DNA of 63,413 nt, the filler included. It is 4 parts of 4 records of this genome, joined end to end, with 100 filler letters (N's around TTAATTAATTAA, not from the genome) between each part and the next. Parts side by side here need not be neighbours in the genome. Positions count along the whole stretch, not along the records: positions 23,811 to 47,538 come from SRR20825019_1622; 3 more parts are not named here. One strand, 5' to 3'. Made by a program: the position numbers and the translations under genes. This document shows, piece after piece, positions 29,680 to 41,436 of this stretch. Position 1 is the stretch's first letter, and every line of letters begins with the position of its first letter. A model generated the notes under the pieces. It did not search any database. It saw only the letters and a list, made by a program, of their open reading frames with translations, and had not been told where the DNA came from.

Positions 29680-32039
29680 TTAGTGGTGGTGACCAACATG
29701 GTCCTCATGCGGGTCGTGGTGGTGCTGCTGTGCCTGTGCCTGCTTTGCGGCAGCCGACGCAGCAGCAGCGGCCACCGAAGCAGCGGCAGCGGCGGAGGGA
29801 GTCAGAGTAGGCGCAGGAGGCGCAGGGGGAGGCGCAGTACCCTGTGGAAGCGGAGGAGCCACGGGGCCCGGCTGTGCGTGCACGTGCGGGTTGGTCAAAG
29901 ATTCGAAAGCGAATCTCTCGAGCTGGTAGATTTGCCTGCACTCTTCGGGACTAGCACGAATATGGGACTCCATCCACCGCTGATAGGTGTAGAGTCCATT
30001 TAGAGCCTCACTCTGGGTAGGGACCGGCTTGTTGTAGTCGCCGGAACGCTTGAAGCCACGGAGCCGATTCTCCTCGTCCGAGTCATACCCATCCGCACGC
30101 TGCTGAGAGATGACAGTCTGCAGAGCATCCTGCTGCTCGTCATTTGCAGCAAGGTCCTCCACGACAGTGGTACCCTCCACTACAGGCAGGTTCTGCTCCA
30201 TGTTGATCCAGTGCTCAATATCTTGGCTAGAAACCTTGGCTTGCTTGTTGGTGGCCAGCTTCTCTATATTCTGAAGAAGGATGGTAGTCTCATCGATGCT
30301 GGGGATGTCCAAGGGCTCGTCGAATCCTGGGTTAGGCATAACAGTGGCGCTCGGCCAGCTGGTCTGGAAGCACTTCTCGATGAGACTGTTGGGGATACGG
30401 CGCCAGCCCTCTGCGATGGCATATAGGGCGTCACGAAGGGAGAATGCTTGCACGATGTCCGAGAGGCGCAGGTTGGGCTCGGAGAGTTGCCGGTGGTGGA
30501 CGATAGTAGCCAGCTCATTCTTGTAGGCATGAGCAAGGGCCACTGACACACCATGCCGCATGGGATGAATAGTATGGGGCTGGGCGACGCCTCCAGATCC
30601 ATCTTCATTCACAGTGGGAGGGCTAGACGGAAGGAACATGACCTTGTAAAGCTCTTCTGGGTTGTGTTCTGATGACTTCCACTCGATGGGGTAATGTCCA
30701 CGATTCTTGGACATGAGCAAGATCGCCCGCATGGGAAGGCCTTTGCGCTTGAGCTCCGCGCGCACATGAGGAACGAACTCGGTGTTGAACCACATCTGGA
30801 AGACCATGTGGTCCATGAGCGCATACACCTGGGTGTAATACATAGCAGGAAGTCCGTTGTAGTTTGCATTCATGAGCACGGTAGGCTGGTCAGTGCGGCC
30901 AATAAGCGCAGGCCGCAGGCGGCTGGTGCCGTTGGCGCTGGAGCAAACAAGGCAGGTAACTCTGTCCTTGAAGCGGACGAGGCTGTCATCAGCGAACAGA
31001 TCTCCTCTCTTGTCGTTAGCACTATCACCAAACACAGAGCGGGGCATGCTTTTGGTGAAGAGGGCAAACTCATCGGCCATGTAGATCTGGTCCTGGGACA
31101 CGCCGAGCTGCTCGATTTCAGACTTGAGACCCTTCATGATAGTGTTCTTCTCGGCAACATGCCCGGTCAGGTGGATGCCATAACGATGCTTGAAGGAATC
31201 GAGCCAGCCATCGCTGGCCCGGAACTCCAGCTTTGCACCCTGGGGACCATCAGACTTGGCGCCAGAGGCCACTTGGTTGTAGAAGAAGCGGGCCTTGTCC
31301 TTGAGACCCATTGTCTGAACTTGGACACCGAGGGACCTCTGCTCACGGTACCAGGCGAAGAGCCTTTCCTCGAGTTCAGGGTAACGTCCGGTCTTCAACT
31401 TCTTGCGGCTCAAGCCCTCAGAAAGATTTCCTGCAAAAAACTAGGTCAACGAATAATTCTCGAGAACGTTCGTATCGACATACCAATAGCAGCCATAGAC
31501 TTCCCATAGGCCTCTAAGCGACCCTTCTGTTTGGTGACGATTTCGGACACAGTCGAGGTTCCAATACCAAGTTCCTGAGCAACCTTGGCCATTTTCTCGC
31601 CTTTCTCAACGCGCTTGATAATATCAATCTTTGTCTCGATGGATAGGATCTTCCTCTTCCTCTTCTCTAAGTTGTCCTTCATTTGAACGTCGCGCGGCAT
31701 TTCACCCATGACCGGGACTTGACCATCGTCACGAGGAGCAGGGGGCTCATGCTGCTGATGGTGCTGCGGGTGGTGGTGGTGGTGCGCATGCTCCATGCCA
31801 GGCTCCTCTACAGGAGGAGGAGGGTGAGGCTCATGCCCAGCCAACATGTGGTCCTCCGGATGTTCCTCGTGCTGGTGGTGTCCCGGATGCTCATGGTGTT
31901 CAACTCCGTGAAGATGACCGTGCCCTCCAGCTGCAGCGGCGGCGGCAGCAGCTGCGGCAACTGCAGCCCGCACATTCTCGTCGTTTTCAGGAGCGTCGCT
32001 AGGGTCTCCGTGTGGCACAGGGGGCTTCTTGGGAGGCAT
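29680..32039 (-). CDS. CENP-B/Tigger (pogo transposase-derived) protein, one intron 31431-31483
   Basis: KRKRKILSIETKIDII (CENP-B N HTH), FRASDGWLDSFKHRYGI (Tc5 HTH) and a DDE_1-like region. The GTATGT...TTTTTTGCAG intron joins the two ORFs in frame (about 768 aa). Confidence 0.88.
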
Positions 32040-33401
32040 AGTTTCGATGAAGTCTTACAATCTGAAGCGGCACCTGCCTATATCTACACATTGGAAAGAG
32101 AAGATCGCGCAAAAGCAAGGAACGTCATCCCGCAAAAGCCAAAGCAAAAGGAGCTGGGTGAGTCTACGTGGAGTTAGCAGGGTGGGGACTGCAACAGTGT
32201 TCGAGAAAGTAGTGGGCGCTAGAGGAGGCGTGGTGGCGTAGCCAGCACAAGCAGGCGTGTGACGCTGCTTGTCAGCGTTGGAGTTGGACTCGCTGTAAAT
32301 GCCACACGGCGACACTTTCCATCATAATCACACACTAACATAGCGTGGCGCGGAGGGTGAAACTGGCATCCCGGATCCCGGTGGGAAGGTTCCCACCAAA
32401 ATGGGCATTTTTTGGTTCGGTATCATGCGGTCTGCGCCTAATTCAAGACAAGTTCTGTTTGGAGAGATTTTCGGTTTGGAGGTGACTTGGAAACAACGGC
32501 TGCCTCACCCCATCCGGAATCATGCTCCAGGTATAAGGCGAGTATGTCGAAATAGCACAGGGGCTGTTTCAATTGGCAAGCATTGTTAATGGTATCCTCT
32601 ATCAAATTCCTCAATTAAATCTATCCCTGGTACTTGAAACACAGCAGTTCAATTAGCCACCCTCTAGATACTCTTCAAAAGGTTGGGCGTATAACACATA
32701 TCCGATCCCTAACCCGGTGCGACGGCGGGGTAGCCGCGGGACCGGCTCTCAAGGCCCGGGGGACCGCGGCTTTTGGCAAAGGCCGCCGCCAGGCCGACCA
32801 GGACTGATGGGAGGGCTGGATCGCGACACGTGGCAGCGCCAAGTTCGCGGAGGCACTCGGACCCGCCGTGGTGACAGGCAGCCCAAGCGCTTGCGGCTGC
32901 GGATTGGGGGGGCCCCGCCCCGCCGGCGGTGCCGCCGACCTCAAACGGCCGGCCGGCCGGCGCGCCCGTCACGCGAGCTTGCCGGGCCCGCCCGGGACGG
33001 GAGCGGCCGCCTCGCCCCCTCCGGGCGGCCACCCAGCCGAGCCCATCGGTAGGAGGCTCGACGTGGCGACCGGCGATGCATGGTTCACCGACTGACGCGG
33101 GTGCCGGGCCGGCCTCACGCCAACTTGCGCCATCCGCCGCCGGGCAGCGAGCGGTCGAGTCGCACGGCAGAGTCCGCCTCACCGGCCGGCGGGCCTGGGA
33201 CTATGATCGAATGTCCCCCCCTCCCCCGGCCGTTGTGACCGCCCGCACCCGCCCGCCACTAGGCCCGACACAATCCAGGCGGTTGCTTGCCAGCCTGGGC
33301 GTCGCCTGACTTAGCCCCTAAATGACCACAACGATTTATTTAAGCCGCCAACTAAGGCGGTGAACAGTGGTGTGCGAGGCCGGTTCTCTTGTGGGAGCCC
33401 C

Positions 33402-35257
33402 ATGGCTCTCATGCGCCTGGTAACCGCAAATGAGTACTTTGGATTCCTTGTCCTATGTATGTGGGTTTTGGTACTTCTTACGTTAACTTTAGCCGCCGTG
33501 TTCATAGGAGTATATGTTGTGACGTATTCACGACGCTCGCAATACACTGAAACTCACTGGCACCCAGTGCTTGCCGGCACCAAGGCAGGCCCCTTATTGA
33601 TCGCCAATGGAGGCGCCCCATCCATTTTCCCCCATAACTCCCTCATGGGGTTTCATCATGCTGTATCTGTTGGCGCCGATGTTCTCTATCTTCAGGTGCG
33701 ACGAACCAGTGATGGCGAACTAGTTGTAGTCGCCGAGGAGGGTGTTGACAGATGGACGAATGGTGGTGGTATGGTCAGCGACTTGACCTTTCGCAAACTG
33801 AAGCTATTGGATTCTGGATATCGTTTTACTGTGGATGGCGGGCGCACTTTTCCATTCCGTGGTGTGGGAATCCGAGTCCCCACTCTCCGCGAGGTTATGC
33901 TTAGTTGTCCAAACACCCGGTTGTGCGTGCATGTTCCTGGCGACCAGGAAGACGTTGCCGATGTTGTCTGTCAGGTGAGCCTTGTTCCATAGGGAAAGAA
34001 TTCGTATTGATTCTTGCCTCAGGTTTTTGAGGATATTTGCAAGTACAAGGCTGGTGATCGCGTTATAATCCGGACATCTTCCTCATCCTCATATAGAAAT
34101 GCTCTCAATCGGCTTCACAAGAGACATCAATCAACTAGTAGTGCTGGAAGCGAGCACGAGACGCAAGCGCTCGTGGAATCAAAGAAATCAGAAAACCCTT
34201 CCCTATCTATGCTAGTGCGCTCAGCTACTTACGTGGAGGTAGCTGTATTCTGTATCCTATATTTGTTTGGATTGGATGGGCTCTTTCAGCCAGACTGTGA
34301 TGTCATGCAAGTCCCACCTGCTATATTTTATGACATGCTATCGCTGGATTCAGCGGCATTTGTGCGTGCGGTGCATGCCGCAAACATGATGTTATTTCTC
34401 GAGCTGGATGGTGATGACGAAGTGAATATGTCCGAATACGTCATTCACCTCGCGAAATCAAAGGTCGACGGTAAGACAATTCGTATTGGTCATAGACACA
34501 AGGCAGTTGTTTGACCTGATCTACAGGCATCGTGACGAAGGATATTGACTCTAGTGTCAAGGCATGTGAAGTGTACTTGAAAGATGGTGATGTGGAACAA
34601 ATCGAATTCGATGAATATGGAGGGATTGTTGGGGCTCTTGAACATGAAAAATTGTCTGATGGCTCGGATGGTGGCAACGTCGCTGAGGATAGCGAAGATG
34701 ATGGAGAGGATGATGACTCCAACGAACGTTCCACTGGTGAACACTTGCGAACTACCTTAGAATCGAACAAAGTGAAGAGTGGATCATTCAGCCAACTATA
34801 CGAAGATTCGTTGTCATTGCCTCAAAGCACAAAATCTGGAAGCATTTCCTTCGGGCACCCCCCAAAGCAATATGAGGAGACTGCGGTTATCAACACTGTA
34901 TTCAGCGATGACGATAGGGACCCCAGAGTTGGAAAGCGCGGTGTAAAAGTGAACCATTGCGCCGAAGTCTGTCATAATGACGAAAGGCCCGCCGCATTGG
35001 CAAGGCGACTATCTGACCCCGGGATTCATGAGAACGCTCCGGCCTTGTCAAATAAGGCTAGGGACCGTGCAGTGGGCAAGTCGATGCTACTCACAGACAA
35101 ACGGGCGAGGGTGCAAGAGATACCTGATCTAGGCGATCTGATTCGTGATGTTCATGCACCCCCTGATACACCATTGTACACCAAGATAGCCAGGGCGGTT
35201 CAAGCACCCAGTCATCAGTTTGCTGCATCAGAGGAATCCCCTGAAGGACCAGCATGA
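33402..35257 (+). CDS. Membrane-anchored glycerophosphodiester phosphodiesterase-like protein (degenerate)
   Basis: GDPD-like segments (RRTSDGELVV, LKLLDSGY, RVPTLREV, VDGIVT); introns 33975-34022 and 34471-34526; acidic low-complexity tail. Confidence 0.75.
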
Positions 35258-35285
35258 CCCGCACAGCCGAAACTGTATCCTTTAC

Positions 35286-36659
35286 TCACGGAGCTAAGTC
35301 CTCAGACATGGTGAGGTCCTGCTCAAGGGGCTGCTCCTCTGCCTCGTCAATGTGTGGAATAGATTTGGCAACATATTTAAGGAGGACTCGCGACATTTCA
35401 AGTGCCTCTGTGCTAGCTGGCACAATCTGCTCCTTTGGCAACTCGAATCCGCATGCGTCGTTCGGCCGCATCTCCACAGTAAACGCAGGTACTACTCCCT
35501 CATATCCTGAGTTCTCTGCTACCCACTTATCCAAACCATTGGCAGCTTGAAACTCCGAATAGCTCACACCATAGAGAGCCTCTACATTCTTTTTCATTTC
35601 AAGAGCAAGTGATTTCGAAGCTGTAATGGCATCACTTAGTCAACAATATTTGCAAGGGTGACACCATCATACTTTCGGTCTTGTCATTGTTCCACATGAT
35701 GTATTGCGAGAAACTATGGAAGTCTATCATTGCTCTCGTCATGCCTGGGCGGGCACGAATGAAGTCACGAACAGCTCTTGTCTAGAGGCATTGTCAATGG
35801 GGCAGTTAGGCATGTGTAGCGGAAGACTCACCTCTGGCTCACTAAAAGGCTCGGGACCTTTGTACATCAAGGCTTCAGGCTTGGCGTAGTCGCCATCAAG
35901 TGTTTCCCACATGTCCCAGTCATAGTTGAATAGAGGGTCCACACCGATCACCTTGCCATCGCTGCCAGGTGCACGATTTTTTCTCCAGAACCGATTTGGT
36001 GTCGTGACACCATCATCACTAAATGTGCCTTCAGTCCATGAATATACGTATCCATCCGGATTCTGAATATATACGATGGCTACTGCAACTCCATCAATCT
36101 GGCGCTTGGTACTCGTACCCTCCCTATACTCCCGGACAAGCGCCTTCGCAACGAAAGGTGCCGCCATATGTGTGATCCACTCGCGCGCATGGGAGGCAAA
36201 GTTTAAAAACACCATTGGTTGGTCTTTGCTCTTTCTCTCAGCTCCCTCACCTGCTATCACTACGGCCTGGATACTATTTTTACTAGTATCAGCATATGTC
36301 ATCCACAGCCAAATACATACTTACGGTCTGCCTTCCACAGATGTACCAATATCCGAGCACCACACTATGTCACTGTTCTTGTCACAAAAATGAGCGAAGA
36401 ACTCAACGATCTTATCATAAGGCTGATATTCATTAAAAAAATCATCACTAGTGAAAGGCATTTCTTCCTGAATCTTGCACTGAACCGCTTCGCTGTTGGG
36501 TTGCAAAATATGATCGGCTTTCAGCTTCTTTACTCCAGTGCTGCCCTCAGGGCTACTGTCGGCCGGTACAGCAACCTTTGAAACACTATTCCCGCAATAT
36601 GACAAGGTGCCCATAATGGTGACAACAAGGCCAAGAAGAACGAGTGGTCGATTCATCAT
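35286..36659 (-). CDS. M14 zinc carboxypeptidase-like secreted protein (multi-exon)
   Basis: Signal peptide, HAREW, NPDGY, WRKNR, PFSEPE, IDFHSFSQ and FTVEMR. Confidence 0.85.
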
Positions 36660-38057
36660 GCTCTCCACCCTGGTGTAACAGTATCATCTGGCATTAAACT
36701 ATGTGTATTTGTGTGCGAGCCCCAGTACTGCCACCGGTTCCGGCGGCGTCGCGGGCCGGACCACGGCTGGCGTGTCCGGGGGCGGACTCGGTGCCGAGCG
36801 GGTCGCCGGGCCGGACGGCGGCCTGACTCGGAGCCGCCCGCGCCTGGCGAGTGGCGACTCGGCGAACCAGACTCACCCATTCATCTGTCTGCCGGTGGGG
36901 CGCGACGGCTCGTCCCCAACTGGACACCACTGCGGAGGATGATAGTCCCGTCCCCATTGCCGTTGTGTCAGAGTAGCGATAGCAAACTTAGACTCCAAAA
37001 TGAAATCTATATATAAGATCATATTCGTACATAGCGAACGCTAATTTAGAGGGCGTCAGTCTTGTGGGCCCTGTCAGCAGAGGGAGAGAGAGGCCTCACA
37101 ATCCCCGTCGCCGCGCCGGACAAGCAGCTCATCCCGCTCGTCCTCCGTCCTCGGTGGACACTGGTGTGCCCCCCCGCCACCATCTCTGCGTTGCAGTGAT
37201 GAGTGCCGTGAGCCGAACAACGACCGGGGGGATCACTGATCGGCCTTCTCACGGGCCAGAGGTTCATCGCGATCCGAGTGGTCGGCGTACGACCATGTGT
37301 GCTGGGCGCGACCTCGGGCCCTCAAGAGTGGCGATCATTGCACCCAGACCCCAGCATGATCCGACCGCCGGACCGCAGCGCCGCAGTGGGCGCCGCCGGC
37401 TGACGGGCCGGGCGCCCGGACGGCGGCCCGAGCCGTGGGCCTTGGCCGGGTTGACGACAACCAAACTCGCTTGAGGGACTGTCACACAACTGTGGCCTGC
37501 CAAGACTTGGGTGAGGGGCTCTCATCCGGTGCCACACCGCGCCGTCTGCCCGCGGCGCTGGATTGGTGGCGCAGGCAGAACGCAGACAGCCAGAGAATCT
37601 CAACCAGTGAAACACTGATGATGATCATGTGGCTGATTGTCTGCCACCTTTCCGGCAACCCCACTCAGAACCCCCGCAACTACAGCTGATGCTGAGGGCA
37701 GGCTTACGGGTGTTGACACAATCGTTGTTGGTAGCCACTAGCGCCGGCCATTCCGCTCCGCCCAGACTTTTCGCGGAATGTGACCAATATGTTCCCCGAA
37801 GGACGATGGGCGCGCCATTGGCGACAAGATATCTCTGCTTCAAATATGTGCCGTCAAGCAATGGAATCTGAGATAACGTTGCCTGGGAGGCGCATAAATG
37901 GTGGCAATCTGCTAGAGCAGAGCAACAGAAGTAGAACGCGAGTGCTGCACTAGGCTAGCAAGTGTGTGCCCCATACGGGGCACTATAGAGACTTACTTCA
38001 AGTGATAAGAGTCAGTGCAGGCGAGAAGCACATAGATATACATTTTTCTGTGAACAG

Positions 38058-41000
38058 ATGAGTGATCCTCTCGGGGTGAATAGGGACGGAGACAGCTCGT
38101 TGTCGAGCAAAGCGTCCACCCTTTCAGAAGCCGACAAAGTGTGTTCTTCTCTTGGTAGCAGTGTTGGTTCAAAGGGCCGTTTGTCTGCGGTAACTGAAGA
38201 GCATATGAGTGGAATTCCGGAGGGAAGCAGCATGGCAACAACAGATGCGACATCTTCCGAGGGTGCAGGCTGGCGTGATGTTGACCAATGGATGGACTCA
38301 GGTGCAGGCCCAACTGCACCCAGGCCAGGAAGCCGGCATTCTAGTACCTCGTCCACCACTAGCTTGCATCAAAGGGTTGAGGAAAAGGCCAAGCGGGGCA
38401 GTGCACTCTTCAAGGCTCTTCGAACACAAAGTGACTCGGTGGACTCCCGTCAGAGCTGGGGAGACGACAATCGCCACAGCCAGCGTACTGGTGAAGGTGG
38501 CTTGCCGCCTGACCTGAAGGCGGAGATCAAGATGTTCCGGGACAGGGAATATGCTGAAGGTCACTTCGGTAAAGACGACAAAGCCCAGAGTCCAGTAAGT
38601 GACTAAATGCGTTTGGTGGGTGGGAGTGACTAACTCACGTTCTCATTCAGGCCAAGGGTCAAAGTACCTTCAAGAAGGCTCTGAATTTTGTTAAGGGCAA
38701 TACGATGGGATTGGGTTCAAGGAAGGAAAAAAGAAAGCCTAGCATGGCTCCCTCTGTACAGAGCGGGCCCTCTCAGGGCACAGCATCGCCTGCGTTTGGT
38801 TCATCAACAAAGGCTGCACCGCAAGAGCTGGCGTGCACCAGTGAAGCCGATTCGTGTATCAAGGAAGGGTGGCTCACTAAGGAACGACAGAGGGATCATC
38901 AGTGGTGGAGGAGGTACTTCGTTCTTCACGATGGGCAGCTCTCTTACTACAAGGCCAAGTTGAAAGGTTATATCAATATCGGAAAGAAGTGCCAAGTAAG
39001 TGTTTCAGGTGACATGTGTGTTCCTCCCTAACCAGAGGGGAATCAGGTCAGTGTCATGGAGAACGACAAGGTGGGAATCTCCGACACCAGCGGTCTGTAC
39101 TTCTTCCGCGTCCATAGTGGGAACCGGGGTCGTCCCTTGAACGTTGCTGCAAGCTCCGAGGATGAGCGGCGGGAGTGGGTAGATGCTATCTTGACAGCTA
39201 CGGTAAGTTAAGGGTTCAGGTTAGTCTTTGTGGCGCTGACCCTGAGTAATGCAGACCCAGTCAACCGAGTCATCTGCCGCAGGTCAACACACAAGGCATC
39301 CTTCTGGAGGTGGTGGTTCGACTTTCCAGAATTTCCTCAACCCGAAGCAATCGCTTAAGCCGATTGCCGACCGCCGCACATCAAAGGCGTCTACTGTCCA
39401 TGATGTACCGTCTGCAGGCAAGTCGGACAAGAGTTCTCTAGGTGACAGCGGCCCCGATCGGGAGGGGTGGCTCGTGAAAGAGGATCCCACCAGTAAGAAT
39501 TGGCGCAAGCGTTACTTTGTCCTCAAGGGCACTGGCTTGTGGTACTACGAAACCACGTTCAAGGCCTCGATTTTCCTTTTCAATAGCGTGGTCCGTGCAT
39601 CGCAGGTTGTGCAGCCTACTCTCGCTTTGAATCTGAAGATGGAGCAGCATGGACAGGTAAGGCGCCGCCATGCCTTCTATTCGTAACGCGATTGCTGACT
39701 TGTTTCCCAGTATCCTTATCGGTTCTACATCAGCAGCAACAAACGGGTTTTTAATGTTGCGGCAGACTCGGAAGGAGACATGATGGATTGGATTGGTGAA
39801 ATCTCGAAAGAAATCAAAAGAGCAAACCTAGGTGACATGCCGGGATATGGTGACGATGACGACTACGGCCACAACGGTGACGACTTTGTGGTGGCTGGCT
39901 CGGAGGCCCATCTCGAGCCTGCTCCAGAAGGCGAAGTTGCTCTCGTGTTTACCGACGTGCAGAGCTCCACTAGCCTGTGGGAAGCAAACCCGGAAGCCAT
40001 GAGTGAGGGTCTTGAGATTCACGACAACGTCCTCCGTGACATGATTGCGTGCAAAGGCGGATATGAAGTGAAGACCGAGGGTGACGCATTCATGGTTGCC
40101 TTCAGCTCTCCCGTCGCCGCAGTCTCGTGGTGCCTTGATGTTCAGCAACAGCTTCTGCAAGCTGATTGGCCAGAAGATTTGATCGAGATGGACCCCGCTG
40201 CTGTCAAGCGGAGCCCTGAAGGCCAAGTTCTCTTCAGAGGATTGAAAGTGCGCATGGGTAAGTTTTGTGTTTGTCACCAACAAAAGCATTATCTAATCTG
40301 CTTTTTTTTTTAATTCCCGTTGTATAGGAGTTCACTTGGGCGCGCCTTCAACCAAGCAGAACCCGATTACTGGAAGGATGGACTACTTCGGTCCTATGGT
40401 GAACCGATCTGCACGTGTTGCCGATGCTGCACACGGAGGGCAGGTGTTGGTGAGCAAGCTGGTGTGGGACACGATTCAGGAGCACTTGATTGTTGATCTT
40501 CAAGATCCGGATGTTGTGGACCATGGCCTTCACATGCTCAAGGGTCTTACAAACTCACCAGAGGTCCTAATTGAGCTCAAGCAGCGCGACCTCGCTGGAC
40601 GTGACTTCCCTCCTCTTCGTACCCTTGGTCATCCTCCAGCCCCTGCTGCAGCACCGGCTCCCGGTAGCCCATCAGAGGCGGAAGCCGAGGAAGAAGGAGG
40701 GCACAGCTCTGAGGAGGAAAGCACGGCCATAGCCAACATGCCGCCGCCCAAGGAAGAGCTCCGTCGATCACTCCCGCGTCACTCGACTGTGTGTAACCTT
40801 CCGCAGGAGTACGGCGAGGGTGATCTTAACGATCCTCACGTGAAGGCCTTAAGTGACATGATTGCCGCCCACGGTATGAACAAAGTTATCACTGTTACGG
40901 GCAAGTCAGGATCTGGCAAGACAGCACTGGTCACCCTTGTAGGCGTGGCAAACGTTCTCGATTTCCCTGGTGGTGTATGGTTTGCTCCATTAAGTGGTGC

Positions 41001-41343
41001 TAAGGATTGCAAGATGGCCTGCACCTTAGCCAGTGGCCCTCTCGGTGTACCATTAATGTTTGGAGAATCTTACCAGAAGAGCATTGAGCGTCTTGGCCGC
41101 GGCATCATAAAACGCGGGAAGACGATAATTATTCTTGACGATATTGAAGACGGTTTGAGAGAGTCTGCGGGTGAAATTTTACTCCAATGGCGGAGCCAGT
41201 GTCCCGAGGCAGTGTTGTTGGTGACCAGCCGGGAGCCGTTGAGGTTGGAAAATGAAATGACCCTCGAAATGGTGCCGAAGAAGATCAAACTTGATCCCTC
41301 CCAAGAATCGGCTGATCCTATGACTCCCGTCACTGAAGAATGA
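38058..41343 (+). CDS. PH-PH-class III adenylate cyclase-P-loop (STAND-like) NTPase fusion, 5 introns
   Basis: Introns 38595-38650, 38996-39046, 39203-39254, 39657-39710 and 40258-40327 all splice in frame. Two PH domains ([30 protein letters not shown]); cyclase [29 protein letters not shown]; NTPase [20 protein letters not shown]. Confidence 0.85.
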
Positions 41344-41436
41344 ACAGGACCATGGGCCGCGGATGCATAAATGGGTATCGACAATATAAACATGACAAAG
41401 TATGGATAATGTCCACATCAATGACTTTTATCAGCA

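Noticed and set aside
31413-31483. Apparent frameshift or pseudogene in the CENP-B-like gene
   Set aside because: Explained by a canonical 53-nt GT-AG intron that restores the frame.
29400-32400. Active pogo/Tigger transposon
   Set aside because: Two catalytic Asp are missing, low-complexity extensions are present, and no TIRs were noticed.
32706-32714. CCCTAACCC telomere-like word
   Set aside because: Single short occurrence, not an array.
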